This document shows, piece after piece, positions 7,578-16,321 of a stretch of 32,000 nt of DNA. Each line of letters opens with the position of its first letter. The stretch's first letter is position 1. A model generated the notes under the pieces. It was not told the DNA's origin and made no database searches. It saw nothing but the letters and a program-made list of their open reading frames with translations. Made by a program: the position numbers and the translations under genes. The stretch is from Thermodesulfobacteriota bacterium (GTDB lineage Bacteria; Desulfobacterota; WTBG01; JAGOGO01), in the NCBI GenBank assembly GCA_026625185.1, contig CP113000.1, positions 1,335,622-1,367,621 of the forward strand. Direction: 5' to 3'.

Positions 7578-8492
7578 ATGAAAAAAAACCTGTTTACCGC
7601 TTTAGCTTCAATCTTTCTGTTAACCACCGTCATGGGTTGCGCGACCGCCAAACCGACTCCGGTACGAAGTTCCTTAACGAATGCTGCGGTCCAAGGCAAA
7701 ACGGATACGGTTGCATTGTTGCTCAAACAAGGGGCGGATATCGAAGAAAAGACATCTGTCCAGCAAACGCCATTAATGATGGCAGCACTTGCCGGCCAAA
7801 CACCCACCGTTAAAGTCCTGATTGATCATGGGGCGGCGCTTGAAGCGCGAGACAAATTTGGCCGCACACCCCTGATGTGCGCTGTGCTGGGGGGCAATGC
7901 GGAGACGGTGCAGACATTGCTTGATCGGGGTGCGGACATAGACGCCAAAGACTATTCCTTGGCCACCCCTTATTTTATCGCATCGCAGACCATTTATTTT
8001 TCCCAAACTCGCGCTGTATTGGAAAGTAACCCACACCTCAAGGTCAATACTTTTGATTCGAATCCTGAGGAATTCCAAAAAAAATGGAGCGGAACCCTGC
8101 AAATCATTTTCAAGGATTTTGAGGTAACCTGGGACAAACCATCGCCTAATAGCAAGCGGTCTTTTTATCGGGCGAAAGCCGGCGACATGATGGCACTCAT
8201 GATGGGCGAATATCAGGGCAAAACTTATTGGGCATCAGTTGCACCAATACTTACCCATGAAGCTCCGTACATTGTGTTTTTATTTTATATTGATAGCCTT
8301 ATCGGGGCAACCAACCCCAGTCTTTCAGTTGACGAAAGAGAAAAAATAATTTCCCACCTTAAGTTAACGAACGAGAATCCCGACTTCTCACCAAGAATAA
8401 ACCATGTCATGGTTAATGGAATTGTTTATGCAATAGAAGTTCAGATGAGAGAAAAAACGTCTTTATATTTTTGTGCTTTTCCCCAGCAATAA
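7578..8492 (+). CDS. Ankyrin-repeat lipoprotein with uncharacterised C-terminal domain
   Basis: ATG 7578 is preceded by GAGGAG (7567-7572). MKKNLFTALASIFLLTTVMGC is a signal peptide plus lipobox Cys. About three ANK repeats follow (GADIEEKTSVQQTPLMMAALAGQ..., GAALEARDKFGRTPLMCAVLGG..., GADIDAKD...), then ~170 aa with no motif I recognise. Confidence 0.75.
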   Translation: MKKNLFTALASIFLLTTVMGCATAKPTPVRSSLTNAAVQGKTDTVALLLKQGADIEEKTSVQQTPLMMAALAGQTPTVKVLIDHGAALEARDKFGRTPLMCAVLGGNAETVQTLLDRGADIDAKDYSLATPYFIASQTIYFSQTRAVLESNPHLKVNTFDSNPEEFQKKWSGTLQIIFKDFEVTWDKPSPNSKRSFYRAKAGDMMALMMGEYQGKTYWASVAPILTHEAPYIVFLFYIDSLIGATNPSLSVDEREKIISHLKLTNENPDFSPRINHVMVNGIVYAIEVQMREKTSLYFCAFPQQ

Positions 8493-8572
8493 GATTGGCG
8501 AGGGTGAAAGATCGTTTCGAGACCTAAACCCTCCATATTTGTTGGTGATTTTACAGGCATGCATGAAAAAAA

Positions 8573-8941
8573 CTATAAATTTTCAAAAATAATATCAAAC
8601 AAAGCTACTTTAACCTTGCCCATAAGTCCGGTTTTCCATAGCAGATCATTAAGCATACGCTGATTTCTCTTAGCCACCAAAATGGTGCAGGGGATTCCCA
8701 GGCCGGCTAATTTTTCCCAATAAGGAACCCGCTCTTTATTGAGATTGTTTTCCATCTCAACCTCGACAACCTGGATTATCTGGCCGTAGCCTCCGAAGAT
8801 AATATCAGGATAGAGTCCTTGTATCTCAAAGTTTTTTCCCTCCCCGGGATTAATGTGAACCTCTTTGTGGATTTTAGAATATTTATTTTTTACCTCGTGA
8901 ATAATCAGGTCGTGCATAAGTTGTTCAGTGAGGATCTGCAT
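8573..8941 (-). CDS. Hypothetical protein (122 aa), possible PD-(D/E)xK-like nuclease fold
   Basis: Strong SD (AAGGAGG, 5 nt spacing). YPDIIF...QIIQVVEVEME resembles a D...ExE/K endonuclease core and loosely recalls XisH-type proteins. The family is not identified. Confidence 0.55.
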   Translation of the reverse strand: MQILTEQLMHDLIIHEVKNKYSKIHKEVHINPGEGKNFEIQGLYPDIIFGGYGQIIQVVEVEMENNLNKERVPYWEKLAGLGIPCTILVAKRNQRMLNDLLWKTGLMGKVKVALFDIIFENL

Positions 8942-8998
8942 GGCAACCTCCTTGAGGGATAAAAGAAGGGAGACCTGGTAAAATATCTTTTTTTCACT

Positions 8999-9060
8999 CT
9001 GAACTCGTTTCAGGGTCCTCGAAACGTTGATTTTATTAGATGCTGAAACAAGTTCAGCAT
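8999..9060. promoter_or_regulatory. Two copies of the palindrome CTGAA-N5-TTCAG (8999-9013 and 9043-9057; the second extends to ATGCTGAA/TTCAGCAT, 9040-9060)
   Basis: Read directly from the sequence. Centres are 44 nt apart, in the gap between the greA stop (9200) and the start of the 122-aa ORF (8941). Confidence 0.3.
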
Positions 9061-9199
9061 GACATGACGCACTGGTTTATGACTTTTCAAAAGTCTCGAA
9101 GGGTAAAAATCTCATTAGGGGAAATCTTTTAACTTATTTTTAGAAGGAAAGAGGGGGAGTTGTCAAGGTAATTGTGGAGACTCAATAAATAACTGTCAG

Positions 9200-9673
9200 T
9201 TAATCGAAAGAAATTTCCAAAACCTCATATTCAATAACTCCCTTGGGAGCATTAACCATTACGCTGTCATCTACTTGTTTTCCCAGTAGTGCGTGGCCCA
9301 AGGGTGAATAAACGGAAATTTTTTTCTGTGCCACATCAGACTCATCCGGTCCCACTAACTGATAGGTCTGTTCTTCGTCGGTCTCTACGTTGAGCAGCCG
9401 CACCGTAGCTCCAAAAGCTATCCGATCGTGAGATAGAGTCGAAGGATCAATGATTTCAGCCATAGAGAGCCTGTATTCAAGATCTTTGATCCTTGCTTCC
9501 AGAATTCCCTGTTTGTCTTTTGCTGCCTCGTATTCAGCATTTTCGCTGATATCTCCGTGCCCGCGAGCCTCACCAATTTCCTTGATAATTTTGGGCCGTT
9601 CCTTTTCTTTAAGAAATTTTAGTTCTTTCATCAAAATGTTGTAACCTTCTTTGGTTATCGGTCGTCTGGTCAT
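9200..9673 (-). CDS. greA: Transcription elongation factor GreA
   Basis: 157 aa. PITKEGYNILMKELKFLK...RPKIIKEIGEARGHGDISENAEYEAAKDKQ is the canonical GreA coiled-coil, followed by the C-terminal FKBP-like domain. Confidence 0.93.
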   Translation of the reverse strand: MTRRPITKEGYNILMKELKFLKEKERPKIIKEIGEARGHGDISENAEYEAAKDKQGILEARIKDLEYRLSMAEIIDPSTLSHDRIAFGATVRLLNVETDEEQTYQLVGPDESDVAQKKISVYSPLGHALLGKQVDDSVMVNAPKGVIEYEVLEISFD

Positions 9674-9729
9674 AACGTTCCCTTTACATCCTGAAAATTA
9701 ATACCGTTCGTCGTCCATTAATAAAATAA

Positions 9730-10290
9730 TTAATCAATTAATGCAAGCAAAGACAGAAGTTGTTTCATAATGCCGGCAGTGACTCCCCAAATGAGGTGCT
9801 CCCGGTATTGAAACGTGAGCGTCTCGGGAGCAAATTCGTCAGCCGGGGAGATTTTTTGCCTAAAAACATCCTGGAAAAATGAGAGGGGGATTTCAATTAT
9901 CTCTTCCACCTCATCGGGGTTAATCTGAAACTGGGGAGTAGCAGTTGTTGTCCCCACCACCGGTGCAATCACGTAATTCGATGACAGTGTACGAAAATCA
10001 TCCAGAAGGCCCAGCACCTCAACCGTCTCAGGAATAATCCCAACCTCTTCGGCGGCTTCCCGGAGAGCGGTTGTTTCCCAGGAATCATCTTCATGGTCCC
10101 GTGCCCCTCCGGGAAAAGATATTTCCCCTTTATGATCAGCTACTTTATCGGTTCTCCGGGTTAAGAGAAGGTAAACCTCACCTGCTTTTTCATAGAAAAG
10201 GATAAGGACTGCCGCAGGGATACGTCTTTTATCCTCAATGATCTTCCGGGGACGATCAGCAATAATTTTTTTAATTTTATTAATCACCAT
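9730..10290 (-). CDS. NUDIX hydrolase (CoA pyrophosphatase-like)
   Basis: Nudix box FPGGARDHEDDSWETTALREAAEEVGI. The N-terminal AAVLILF...LLLTRR pattern is as in NudL/CoA pyrophosphatases. Confidence 0.8.
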   Translation of the reverse strand: MVINKIKKIIADRPRKIIEDKRRIPAAVLILFYEKAGEVYLLLTRRTDKVADHKGEISFPGGARDHEDDSWETTALREAAEEVGIIPETVEVLGLLDDFRTLSSNYVIAPVVGTTTATPQFQINPDEVEEIIEIPLSFFQDVFRQKISPADEFAPETLTFQYREHLIWGVTAGIMKQLLSLLALID

Positions 10291-10296
10291 GGCAAA

Positions 10297-11172
10297 TTAC
10301 TTTATCAAACTCCGCATTACTTTCATGTTCCGGCGGTCATCCGCATCAGTTTTGCGGGGAGTCTCCATAATTCCCGGCAGATGTGCCAGCTTGGGATGAT
10401 TAATGATCTTCAAAAAACCCGAGCGACCAATGTCACCTTTTCCAATGTGCCAATGCCGGTCTTTTTTAGAACCAAAAGGAGCTTTTGAATCATTTAGATG
10501 TAGCGCCTTTAATTTAGGTAACCCAAGCAGAGCATCAAATTCATCTATCATGCGATCCAGTCCTTGCGCATCAGTAAGATCATAACCGGCCGTAAAAGCA
10601 TGCGCCGTGTCTAAACAAATCCCGATGCGGTTTCGATCTTCAACCTGAGCTATGATTTCCTGAAAGTGAGAAATCTTATATCCGATTTCATTTCCTTGTC
10701 CCGCGGTATTTTCCAACAAAAGTTGAACGGAATTGTTTGCTTTCACAAAGGCTTTATTGACCGCTTGTGCAACTCGTTGCAAAGCCTTCTTCTCTTCGCT
10801 TACGAGTTTATTTCCCGAATGAACGATAACAAATGAAGCTCCCATTCTCGCTGCTTGCTCTAATTCGTCACCAAGATAGCTGATGGAACGAGCATAAAGG
10901 TATCGCTCATGAGAAGCCAAATTAAGCAAATAGGGGGTATGGAGGAAAACCGGAAAAATATCAGTTTGAGCAAGAGCTTCTTTGAATCTTTCTATTTCGT
11001 CGCCATGTACTAAACTGTTTCTCCAGGCCCTTGGATTGCGGGAGAAAAACTGAATGGTTTCACACCCGAGTTTTATAGCCCGGGGAACCACCCGTGATAA
11101 TCCACCGGCGATTGATATATGAAAACCAAGTCGCATACAGTTTAAGTAAACCTCGTTAGGAGGCTTGAACAT
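10297..11172 (-). CDS. nfo: Deoxyribonuclease IV (endonuclease IV, AP endonuclease)
   Basis: GFHISIAGGL..., ...FLHTPYLLNLAS..., VIVHSG, LLENTAGQGN, ICLDTAHAF and HLNDSK...G...DRH..IG.G are Nfo metal-site motifs. An alternative start at ATG 11136 (MRLGFHIS) is possible. Confidence 0.9.
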   Translation of the reverse strand: MFKPPNEVYLNCMRLGFHISIAGGLSRVVPRAIKLGCETIQFFSRNPRAWRNSLVHGDEIERFKEALAQTDIFPVFLHTPYLLNLASHERYLYARSISYLGDELEQAARMGASFVIVHSGNKLVSEEKKALQRVAQAVNKAFVKANNSVQLLLENTAGQGNEIGYKISHFQEIIAQVEDRNRIGICLDTAHAFTAGYDLTDAQGLDRMIDEFDALLGLPKLKALHLNDSKAPFGSKKDRHWHIGKGDIGRSGFLKIINHPKLAHLPGIMETPRKTDADDRRNMKVMRSLIK

Positions 11173-11197
11173 GGGGCCTTTCTAACGGGGTCGCTCT

Positions 11198-12346
11198 TTA
11201 ATTAACAGAGGCTACCTCGCCCCCAATTTTTTTAAAGAAAAGCGCGGTGCTTGTTTTGATTGCTTCCGCTATTTTAGTTTGAAAGGGGTACGCGCTTAAC
11301 GATTTTTCCTCCTGAGGGTTAGAAAGGTAACCAACTTCAACCAGGACTGATGGTATATCCGGAGCTTTGAGCACTGCGAACCCCGCCTGGAGGGGTTCAG
11401 GGAAATTAATACTATGGACCTTTTTAAGTTCCTCAAGAGTAATTTTACCCAAAATGAGGCCGTCATTGATCGTCCGCGTTTGTTCCATGCCGACCAGAAT
11501 AGAGTCAACCCCATCCGGGCAAGACGCGAGGTCTACCCCTCCTATAAGATCAGAGGAGTTTTCCTGATCAGCCAAAATTCGGGCCGCCTCCTGGCTTGCC
11601 CCTCCCAGGGAAAGGCAATAAACTTCAGCACCCCTTTTGTTTTGATTAAAGCCCGCGTTCACATGAATGCTGATAAACAGATCGGCGTTATATTCCTTGG
11701 CGATCTTCCACCTTCTTCTCAAGGGAATAAAATAGTCATTCTCCCGGGTTAAGAAAGCTTTCACATTCCTTTCCCGGTTGATGGCATCACGGAGTTTTTT
11801 AGCAATTTCTAAAGTAATCGTTTTTTCTTTCCTGCCGGTTTTCCCTAGTGCACCGGGGTCTTCTCCTCCGTGCCCAGGGTCTATCACCACGATATAGGTT
11901 CCCCGGGACTTTTTCTGAAAAACTGCTCTTTTCTCTTCTTCTTTTTTTTCCAGATCAGACCGGAAAATATCAATCACTAAACGGTCGGGCTTATCATAAA
12001 ATTTTTTCAGGGTGAATACTTTAGTCTCGGCGGGTTTAACCAGATCCAGGACCACCCGCACCGTGCCCGGAGTAAAACAACCCCACCGGACTCTGGAGAT
12101 AACCGGATCATTAATGATAAATTCTTTTTTAGAAAGAAGAGGGTTCGCTTCTTTCAGGTCGATAACCACCCGGTTTGGTTCACTCAGCTCAAAAAGATCA
12201 TAATAAGCCGGGCCGGTTAAGTCCACCACAATGCGGGTATATTCAGGAGCGCTCCAGGACCGGATATCCAGCACATTTACCGTTCCCCAGGCGGGCGGAA
12301 CGAAAAGGACTAAAATAACAAGACCGATAAAATTTTTTATCTTCAT
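11198..12346 (-). CDS. N-acetylmuramoyl-L-alanine amidase with N-terminal AMIN domain (AmiB/AmiC type)
   Basis: Signal peptide, then an AMIN-like segment (VLDIRSWSAPEYTRIVVDL...RVVLDL), then the Amidase_3 core VVIDPGHGGEDPGA...DLFISIHVNA...GAEVY. Its start overlaps the upstream stop (ATGA). Confidence 0.88.
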   Translation of the reverse strand: MKIKNFIGLVILVLFVPPAWGTVNVLDIRSWSAPEYTRIVVDLTGPAYYDLFELSEPNRVVIDLKEANPLLSKKEFIINDPVISRVRWGCFTPGTVRVVLDLVKPAETKVFTLKKFYDKPDRLVIDIFRSDLEKKEEEKRAVFQKKSRGTYIVVIDPGHGGEDPGALGKTGRKEKTITLEIAKKLRDAINRERNVKAFLTRENDYFIPLRRRWKIAKEYNADLFISIHVNAGFNQNKRGAEVYCLSLGGASQEAARILADQENSSDLIGGVDLASCPDGVDSILVGMEQTRTINDGLILGKITLEELKKVHSINFPEPLQAGFAVLKAPDIPSVLVEVGYLSNPQEEKSLSAYPFQTKIAEAIKTSTALFFKKIGGEVASVN

Positions 12347-13524
12347 TTTACCAGCGCGGAAACAGGTACTAATGCTATTCCTTCATTTTTAAGTTTAGGT
12401 GCCATCTCTTTCAGTGCTTCAAGCGTTGTTTGCCGCGGATGACTGATAATAATGCCCTGCCCCCTTTGTATGGTCAGGCGTATGGCTTTATCAATAAAAT
12501 TTTTCGAATAGTTCACCTCAGGCTCATTATCAATAAAAATCATATTTTCCCCGCTGGGGATTCCCATTTCCCAGGCCGTGCGATAGGCGATGGATTGCGA
12601 TGAGGTCTGGCTGTCAACAAAGTAAAGACCGGTTGATTTCAAGGTGTTTAAAACCGCACGCATGGTCTTCTCGTCTTCAGTGGCGCGGGAACCCATGTGG
12701 TTGTTGACGCCCTTGATATAGGAAAACTGCTTGAGGTCGCTTTTTATTATTGCCGCAATACGGCCCTCATCCATATTGGTGTAGACAGCTCCGCGACCAG
12801 GATTATGCTGAGAGCAGTTTTTCGGTTCCATGGGCAAATGCATCATCACTTCATACCCCCGTTCATGCGCCATTTTCTCCGCACCCTGAGAATAAGTCTG
12901 ATCCGGTAAAATAGAAAGCGTAAGAGGAATCCCAAGGTCAAGGAATGCTTTTGCCTGTTGCAGATCCTCCCCAATGTCATCAATGATAATCGCAAGTTTT
13001 GGAGAGACATCAGACTGTGATGGACGATGGAGAAGCGTAACCGAGTGGCTCAATACTCCATCTAAATAAAGTAACAAGAAGAATCGGTTCCCCTTTTTCT
13101 CTGCTTTTGAAGAAACACCGGGGAATTTTTCAAGTTCCTTAACCAGAGTGCCAGCAGCGTCAGGTAAAGCCACCGTCCGCGGGAAGTAAATTTCCACCTC
13201 AGTTTGAATCCATCGTTTCTCCGCTCTTTGCCGGGACTGTTCCTGAAGGATCCGGAAATCCTTTTCACCCGCCCCAATTTTTTTTGCGCCAAGCAGCATC
13301 TGCTGGTTAATCCGTCGGCAGGTGTCGGTATAATCCGTAACCGTAATCCGGGGCACGGATGGTTGCTTTGGTTTTGGGGGAACGGTATATTCAGGTTTTT
13401 TCTTTGGGGGAGAAGGAACAAGAATATAAAAGGTGTAAATACTTAGCGCAATAACGATCAAAAAAAAAACAATTACCCCTTTTATATGAACCGGGGATTC
13501 CCTTCTCTTTTTCGGTGACGACAT
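12343..13524 (-). CDS. Divergent polysaccharide deacetylase family protein (YibQ-like), N-terminally membrane anchored
   Basis: N-terminal TM helix and a Pro/Lys-rich linker. The C-terminal LAIIIDDIGED...LSILP...MMHLPMEP...NNHMGS motifs are typical of the YibQ/DUF610 family. Confidence 0.75.
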   Translation of the reverse strand: MSSPKKRRESPVHIKGVIVFFLIVIALSIYTFYILVPSPPKKKPEYTVPPKPKQPSVPRITVTDYTDTCRRINQQMLLGAKKIGAGEKDFRILQEQSRQRAEKRWIQTEVEIYFPRTVALPDAAGTLVKELEKFPGVSSKAEKKGNRFFLLLYLDGVLSHSVTLLHRPSQSDVSPKLAIIIDDIGEDLQQAKAFLDLGIPLTLSILPDQTYSQGAEKMAHERGYEVMMHLPMEPKNCSQHNPGRGAVYTNMDEGRIAAIIKSDLKQFSYIKGVNNHMGSRATEDEKTMRAVLNTLKSTGLYFVDSQTSSQSIAYRTAWEMGIPSGENMIFIDNEPEVNYSKNFIDKAIRLTIQRGQGIIISHPRQTTLEALKEMAPKLKNEGIALVPVSALVK

Positions 13525-13525
13525 G

Positions 13526-13849
13526 TTATATAATTTTGTTTATCAGCTCCAATAATTTGCTTTTAGGTTGTACTCCCACCACCTGATTCACCAGTTCGCC
13601 CCCTTTAAAAAAAAGGAGAGTAGGAATTCCGCGAATGCCGAATTTTGCCGCGGTTGCCTGATTATCGTCCACATTAACCTTGCCGACTTTAATTTTTCCC
13701 TCAAATTCCCGGGCGATCTCCGCGACAACCGGCCCGATCATCTTGCACGGCCCGCACCATTCGGCCCAGAAATCAACCAGGACCGGTGTCTGAGAATTAA
13801 TTACTTCTTCAGTAAAATTTTTATCGGTTAAGGTTACTTCTTTTTCCAT
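13526..13849 (-). CDS. trxA: Thioredoxin
   Basis: 107 aa with VLVDFWAEWCGPCKMIGP...FGIRGIPTLLFFKGGE, a canonical WCGPC thioredoxin. Confidence 0.93.
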   Translation of the reverse strand: MEKEVTLTDKNFTEEVINSQTPVLVDFWAEWCGPCKMIGPVVAEIAREFEGKIKVGKVNVDDNQATAAKFGIRGIPTLLFFKGGELVNQVVGVQPKSKLLELINKII

Positions 13850-13867
13850 AGTCTTCTCCTTTTTTGA

Positions 13868-14644
13868 TCAGTTGAAATGTAAAAGTTTTTCTTCAAGAGT
13901 CTGCATCCACCTCATTGCGCAAGTGAACTTTGAAGTAATGATTCCTGCCCACGATTGAAGGTCATTAGTAAAAATTAATACTCCGAAAACAATAAGGAGG
14001 ATTCCGCTTACCATTTCAAAATGCCGGAGAATAGAGGTGGCAAACGAGAACTTGCTGAAAAAACCAATAAAGAAGACCGTAGCAATAATAGGAATTGACA
14101 TGCCGAGGGAGAAAATGCTCAAGAGTAAAATTCCTTGGTCAAGCGTTTCCTGAGTGGCTGCATACGCCAGTATCCCAGCCAGGATAGGACCGACACAAGG
14201 GGTCCAGCCAAACGAAAACGCCATACCTGCCAGGAATGACCATTCAAGTCCAATAGATTTTTTCTGAAACTGAAATCGTTTATCGTAGTGAAGAAATTTA
14301 ATTTTAAAGAGCTTTAAAAGGCCCGCAAAGTATAACCCAAGAAAAACGATCGCAATTCCGGCGATCTTACTTAAGATTTGGAGATGGGCCAAAAGAAACT
14401 TTCCGATAAGTGTGGCGGAAGCACCGAGAAGCACAAAAATACAGGAAAACCCCGCGGAAAAAAAAATGGCATTCAAAAGAAGCTTTTTTCGTATTTTCCA
14501 CTTATTGCTCCCATCCTCAATGAGTTCTTCTACGAAAACATCGGAGATATAAGAGAGAATAGCAGGTATCAGGGGAAGGACACAAGGAGAAAACGCAGTG
14601 AGCAAGCCGCCTAAAAATGCCACAATAAAAGGAATCGGTTCCAT
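13868..14644 (-). CDS. ccdA: Cytochrome c biogenesis / thiol-disulfide transporter CcdA (DsbD beta-domain family)
   Basis: Polytopic membrane protein with the two conserved Cys-Pro segments (FSPCVLPLIP and WTPCVGPILA). The track start is TTG 14659, overlapping trxB; ATG 14644 (MEPIPF...) is preferred. Confidence 0.85.
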   Translation of the reverse strand: MEPIPFIVAFLGGLLTAFSPCVLPLIPAILSYISDVFVEELIEDGSNKWKIRKKLLLNAIFFSAGFSCIFVLLGASATLIGKFLLAHLQILSKIAGIAIVFLGLYFAGLLKLFKIKFLHYDKRFQFQKKSIGLEWSFLAGMAFSFGWTPCVGPILAGILAYAATQETLDQGILLLSIFSLGMSIPIIATVFFIGFFSKFSFATSILRHFEMVSGILLIVFGVLIFTNDLQSWAGIITSKFTCAMRWMQTLEEKLLHFN

Positions 14645-14651
14645 ACAAAAC

Positions 14652-15584
14652 CTAACCAAAACAATTTTCTAAGTATTTTTCGACAGCAAAAGCAGCAGTT
14701 GCGCCATCACCCACAGCGGTAGAAAGCTGGCGCAAAAGTTTCTTTCTCACGTCTCCAGCGGCAAAGATACCGGGGACTGAGGTTTCCAGGTTTTCATTGG
14801 TCACAACAAACCCTTGGTCGTCCAACTCAACAATTCCTTTGAGAAATTTGGTATTCGGTTTAATGCCCACAAAAACAAATAACCCAGAGATTGGTTTTTC
14901 CCAGGTTGCTCCGGTTTTGACGTTCTTTAAAACCACCTTTTCTACTGACGAATCTCCTTCAATCCTGTCTACCACGGTATCCCAGATAAATTCAATCTTT
15001 TCGTTTTTTAACGCCCGCTCCTGCAAAATCTTGGTGGCGCGCAAAGCGTTTCGACGATGGACAACGTAGACTTTTTGAGCGTATCGGGTGAGGTAAATAG
15101 CCTCATCAATAGCCGTGTCTCCTCCTCCAACAACGATTACATCCAGGTCCTTAAAAAAAAATCCATCGCAGGTCCCGCAAAAAGATATTCCCTTTCCTAT
15201 AAAACGCTCTTCTCCAGCGAGACCTAAACGATTGGGGGAAGCCCCGGTAGCAATGATAACTGCCCGGCAAAGATATTCCTCGCCTTCGCATAAGACTCGT
15301 TTAATTTCTACGTCATTCTTGAGTCCAATCACTTCTCCGGTCTTTATCTCAAGCCCGAATCCGCGTGCCTGAGCCTCCATCAAGGCAGTTAAATCAATTC
15401 CTGAAATCCCCTCAGAAAAACCAGGATAATTTTCTACCTTTTCAGAATATACAATTTGCCCGCCCATAATAGGAAGCTTTTCTACTAACAATGTCTTCAG
15501 CTTAGATCGCTGCCCGTAAATCCCAGCCGTTAATCCTGCGGCACCTCCACCAATAATAACGAGATCATGTTCCTTACCGCCCAT
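14652..15584 (-). CDS. trxB: Thioredoxin-disulfide reductase
   Basis: 310 aa. DLVIIGGGAAGLTAG, the redox-active CGTCDGFFF (usually CATC), VVGGGDTAIDEA and the C-terminal GIFAAGDV are low-Mr TrxR signatures. Confidence 0.9.
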   Translation of the reverse strand: MGGKEHDLVIIGGGAAGLTAGIYGQRSKLKTLLVEKLPIMGGQIVYSEKVENYPGFSEGISGIDLTALMEAQARGFGLEIKTGEVIGLKNDVEIKRVLCEGEEYLCRAVIIATGASPNRLGLAGEERFIGKGISFCGTCDGFFFKDLDVIVVGGGDTAIDEAIYLTRYAQKVYVVHRRNALRATKILQERALKNEKIEFIWDTVVDRIEGDSSVEKVVLKNVKTGATWEKPISGLFVFVGIKPNTKFLKGIVELDDQGFVVTNENLETSVPGIFAAGDVRKKLLRQLSTAVGDGATAAFAVEKYLENCFG

Positions 15585-15613
15585 GGTTTTTTATCCTAAT
15601 ATCCAAAAAATGA

Positions 15614-16135
15614 TTACTGTTTAAGAAGGGTTTTAATGTCTTTTTCTAACTCGATTGAGGTCGTTGTAGAAAAGCCAACGTAATTCTTAAAAAATTTTCC
15701 TTCTTGATTAATGAGGTAAGAATTTGGGATTGCCCGCACTTCCCGAAAATTTTTTTGGATGGAGGAAAACTCGTCTCCATTAATCACTGGGTAGTCAATG
15801 CCCCATTCCTTTGCTTTCTCTTTTATTTTCTTATCATTTCCTGAGCCAATAGCGATCCCTAAGATAATCAGACCGTTATCTTTATATTTATCATAAAGAG
15901 CCACTAAATAAGGAATTTCTATCTGACAAGGAGGACACCATAGTGCCCAAAAATTAAGGATAATGACTTTTCCTCTATGATCAGATAACTTAAAAGTATT
16001 TCCGTTTAAGTCTGTTAAGTTAAGCTCAGGTGCTGTTTTTAAATTTTCCGACTTGCTTTCACATACAAATCCACCCACCAAAAAAAAGAAAAAAACTATC
16101 ATCAAAAAAATTGACACTTGTTTATTCTTTTCCAT
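15614..16135 (-). CDS. Periplasmic thiol:disulfide oxidoreductase, TlpA/ResA family
   Basis: N-terminal TM/signal anchor. KVIILNFWALWCPPCQIEIP is the TlpA-type CxxC. About 170 aa. Confidence 0.85.
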   Translation of the reverse strand: MEKNKQVSIFLMIVFFFFLVGGFVCESKSENLKTAPELNLTDLNGNTFKLSDHRGKVIILNFWALWCPPCQIEIPYLVALYDKYKDNGLIILGIAIGSGNDKKIKEKAKEWGIDYPVINGDEFSSIQKNFREVRAIPNSYLINQEGKFFKNYVGFSTTTSIELEKDIKTLLKQ

Positions 16136-16292
16136 ATCGTCTCGACCCTTTTTCTAAGTTCGATTTAGCTTTGTAAATTATTGACAATTAACATCAGGGA
16201 AAGGAATGAGTTTTTATAGTGAATCTTTTTGTTGCCGCGCTTTTACAACTGACTGAGGTCAATTGAAATTTTTACTCCAAAAAAATATCAAT

Positions 16293-16321
16293 ACCATATC
16301 CGCTAGTTACAATAAAGTCAA
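16293..16321 (-). promoter_or_regulatory. Possible sigma70-like promoter for the tlpA-trxB-ccdA-trxA array (TTGACT-N17-TATGGT)
   Basis: On the minus strand, TTGACT is at 16321-16316 and TATGGT at 16298-16293, with a 17-nt spacer. It lies ~160 nt upstream of the tlpA-like start. Confidence 0.3.
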
